From: Podarcis filfolensis
Taxonomy: Eukaryota
Length of the DNA stretch: 64,000 nucleotides
Strand: one strand, 5' to 3'
Assembly: GCA_964270895.1 (NCBI GenBank)
Contig: OZ185436.1
In this document: one piece after another, positions 61,186 through 64,000 of the stretch
How positions within the stretch are numbered: position 1 is the first letter of the stretch
How the letters are laid out: every line of letters starts with the position of its first letter
The notes under the pieces: generated by a model
Database searches by the model: none
Told to the model about the DNA's origin: nothing
The model's input: the letters and a program-made list of their open reading frames with translations, nothing else
Program-made: the position numbers and the translations under genes

Positions 61186-63656
61186 TCAGTCAAAGTCCAC
61201 ATGCCGGCTTTGTTTTACAGAAGAGCGAATCTTTTTTTGTCGGAGGCGTTCACGGTTCATTTTCTCCACCCTAAAATCAAATAGAGAGGTTGAGGATGAC
61301 ATACTTAAGTGTGTCTGGGAAATGATTCCGGTTTGTTATCATAAATGATTTGTATCAGGTTCTTGTCACGCAGAATTAACACTTCAAAGAAAAGCAAAAT
61401 CCTAAGTAGTCAAGGGATATTTCTTCTAAAAAGCCTGAAGTAGTTGATATTTTCCCAGAGAAGAGGTACCTGCTATGTTTTAACCAAGTGCAACATTCTG
61501 AAAGTGATGCCCTTTCTATATAAGTGAAATACAGCAATGCTACCTCGGATGTATATACAGTGGTACCTCGCAAGACGAATGCCTCGTAAGACGAAAAACT
61601 CGCAAGACGAAAGAGTTTTTCGTTTTTTGAGTTGCTTCGCAAGACGAATTTCCCTATGGGCTTGCTTCGCAAGACGAAAACGTCTTGTGAGTTTGTTTCC
61701 TTTTTCTTAAAACCGTTAATACCCAGGGAATCCGTGCTTCACAAGACGAAAAATTCGCAAGACGAAAAAACTCGCAGAACGAATTAATTTCGTCTTGCGA
61801 GGTACCACTGTATTACGATTCCAGAGGTCCACTTACACTCTAATACACACAAGAGATGACCCATGGTGCTCTGCCCTAAGTCAAGAAACAAAAACTATCT
61901 CAGCTTGTCCAGCTAGAACTAAGAGAAAATGAAGGCTATGATATGTTAAAACCAGGGGTCAGCTGAGGGCCTCCTGGATCCTTGCCTAAGCTACCTAATA
62001 TGATTTTGTGATGCACCCTTGACAGTTGGAAGCAAGTAGCTGCTCTGCTTGGCTAATGGTAGCTACAGATGATTTCACCTTGCTCTAAGTGAGCACTGTA
62101 GGGTGCCATTTTTAATGCAACAGCTGTCAGCTACAGATACATGCTGATTGAAGTGTTATCTGACTAGTGGACTCATACCTGCTTCTGATCATTTCCACCG
62201 TCTCTTTCGATTCAGTTCGAGGCATCTCAGTGGCTTCTATAATCATCTCTCTGATTTTTTGCAAGCAAGCTGCCAAATTCCTCATCTGGTAGCGACTTAC
62301 TTCAGAGGTGACTATCAGTTCTCCAGATTTACTGATCCTATTCTTGTGCTGGGAAAGAAAACATTTTTTACTATGGAGCGTTCCATTTTCATTAGTTTAC
62401 CAGCCTAAAAATCAGGTTTTGTTTTTTGTTTTTTTAAAAAGAGGGAAGCAGACATGATTGCCACAGGAGGCAACTTCTGACCGTCTCTTCTGAAAGTTAC
62501 CATGCCCAATCCTATGCATGTTCACTTTGAAGTTAAATCTCACCGGGTTCACTGGGGCTTATTCCCAGGAATACATGGGTCTGCAGCCTCAATGAAAGTT
62601 TTAGATTTACTGTGTAATGGTGCTGGGGAAATTATCTGTGTCTCAGTAAACTGCTTATAGGAAGCTGTGGATTAGAATCCTGCTTATTCCCACCTTGGAT
62701 ATGGGCTGCCCAGTAAAAAGTGGATACCTCATTTACTGGGCAGGGGAACCGGAGAGCAGGCACTCCAGTACTACTGTAACTGGGGGAGCTTTTGCAGAAT
62801 ATAAACAAGTTTCCAGCAGAATGTCAAGAACAGCAAACTTTCAAGCACTAGGATCTGGCTGATGCCACTAGGTGAGGTGTTCTGTTGCGTGGACCTCAAT
62901 ATCTCCACTGCTCCAAGGCTCCTCTGTTACATTACCCAGCACCAGAGTGCTGATGAAAAAAAAGGATCTGGTTTCCATAATAGGGTAACACATCTTCAAC
63001 AAATAAAGAGTTGCGACAATTAACCAAACCCTCCAGGCACTGTTCTTGGGTATACAGCAATCACACTGCAGAGTGAAAAATGAGGTAAGGATAATAGATC
63101 ACTTTCAGTGTTAAAATGCTTTAGAAAAAAAAATTCCAGCCATTAACTTAGCTTATGCTTAGCAATTACTTTCCTCAATGCAGAAGTTAGATTTGCACAG
63201 GTCACCAGACACTAGCTAAAGGTGGCAAGCAGTCCTAGGCTTGCGTTATGCCTAGACCAAACGGCTGCTGTATCCAATGTGTGCTCAGCCCAGGAATGGA
63301 AAAGAAGCCCATACAAATAGAATGCACAAATCCAAAAGTCCCTCAGCCAACAAATTTTCAGCATTGCATTGTGCCTTGAATGTGATGCTAACCACAGTTA
63401 GCATATGTTTATATGTAATCAATATTGAGTTATATTGCCTAAATGGCTTCTCAGAGCACCCTAATTTCCTTGTGTGCTGCTTCAATAAACTAATACACCA
63501 AGATCAAACTATCCTGCTGGGCTAAATAGCTTGGGAAGTACCTAGGAAAAGAAAGATAAACGCTAAGAATTACCATTGTGGCCATTTTCTGTCGCACATC
63601 TTCCGAGATCCAATCTGCTGTTGCCAAATGGAACCGGACTTCTGCCTTCGTATTTA
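61186..63656 (-). CDS. MRPL58: mitochondrial ribosomal protein L58 / peptidyl-tRNA hydrolase ICT1, partial (last three coding exons 63574-63656, 62179-62348, 61186-61270; 5' exons lie beyond the window)
   Basis: Translation (V)[27 protein letters not shown] / [36 protein letters not shown]... / [31 protein letters not shown] exons of 83/170/85 nt. Confidence 0.95.
61558..61810. mobile_element. related mariner-type MITE in the last MRPL58 intron
   Basis: 22-bp perfect TIR CAGTGGTACCTCGCAAGACGAA, TA TSD, internal GCAAGACGAA repeats. Confidence 0.9.
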
Positions 63657-64000
63657 CTGCGAGTGAAACAAAGAAATACATGACTATTCCTAGGGGCACA
63701 TGGAGAACTACACATCCTATCCAAAGGCTGCAGGTTCAGATTTCAATTCAGTGATGTCACACATACCCCACCAGCTGATCTTGCTGCCATGCGAAATGTC
63801 ACCCCCCCACCATCTAACTTTGAAGTGTCCTGCATTTTCAGAAGAATTCTTGGCATTCCAAGAGACATGGCAAAAAAGGAGACTCAATCTCAAAAAAGCC
63901 GAAAAGTAATACTTTTTATTAATGCCCAATGCATTTTGGCCGGCAAAGTCCTCCCTCAGGAGCATTTCCCCCCCTTGTAAACAATGTTTCCTTGTAAACA

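Noticed and set aside
61558-61810. CRISPR-like or tandem array of GCAAGACGAA repeats
   Set aside because: These are internal subterminal repeats of a TA-flanked MITE with perfect TIRs in a eukaryotic intron.

Overview
This is vertebrate genomic DNA from a squamate, most likely a lacertid lizard, judging by Sauria and Squam3 SINEs, BovB, and reptile L2/L1 elements. The order is: ATP5PD (+, all 5 coding exons, 161 aa); tRNA-Arg-TCG; three tandem, apparently intact 9-exon genes on the minus strand; tRNA-Arg-CCT, TCG and CCT; then the last three exons of MRPL58/ICT1 (-). The three tandem genes encode 5-HT3-receptor-family (Cys-loop, pentameric ligand-gated ion channel) subunits of 443, 447 and 446 aa, here called A, B and C. 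All exons were located by hand with GT-AG boundaries and consistent phases, and internal exon sizes (45/110/170/161/211 nt) match the HTR3 family. The main observation is that this channel array sits inside the tRNA-Arg cluster, which in human (from recall) is the only content between MRPL58 and ATP5PD. All three subunits keep the gating and cation-pore machinery: Cys loop FPFD, GEW, pre-M1 Arg, -1' Glu and 9' Leu. They lack the loop-B Trp used for serotonin binding, diverge most in binding loops B/C/E/F, and share an N-glycosylation sequon on loop C. They are therefore candidate orphan, diversifying ligand-gated cation channels, which is an inference and untested. The rest of the window is TE-dense: a young L1 with an exact 19-bp TSD, other L1, L2, RTE/BovB and Penelope pieces, SINEs, and many MITEs, several of them nested.
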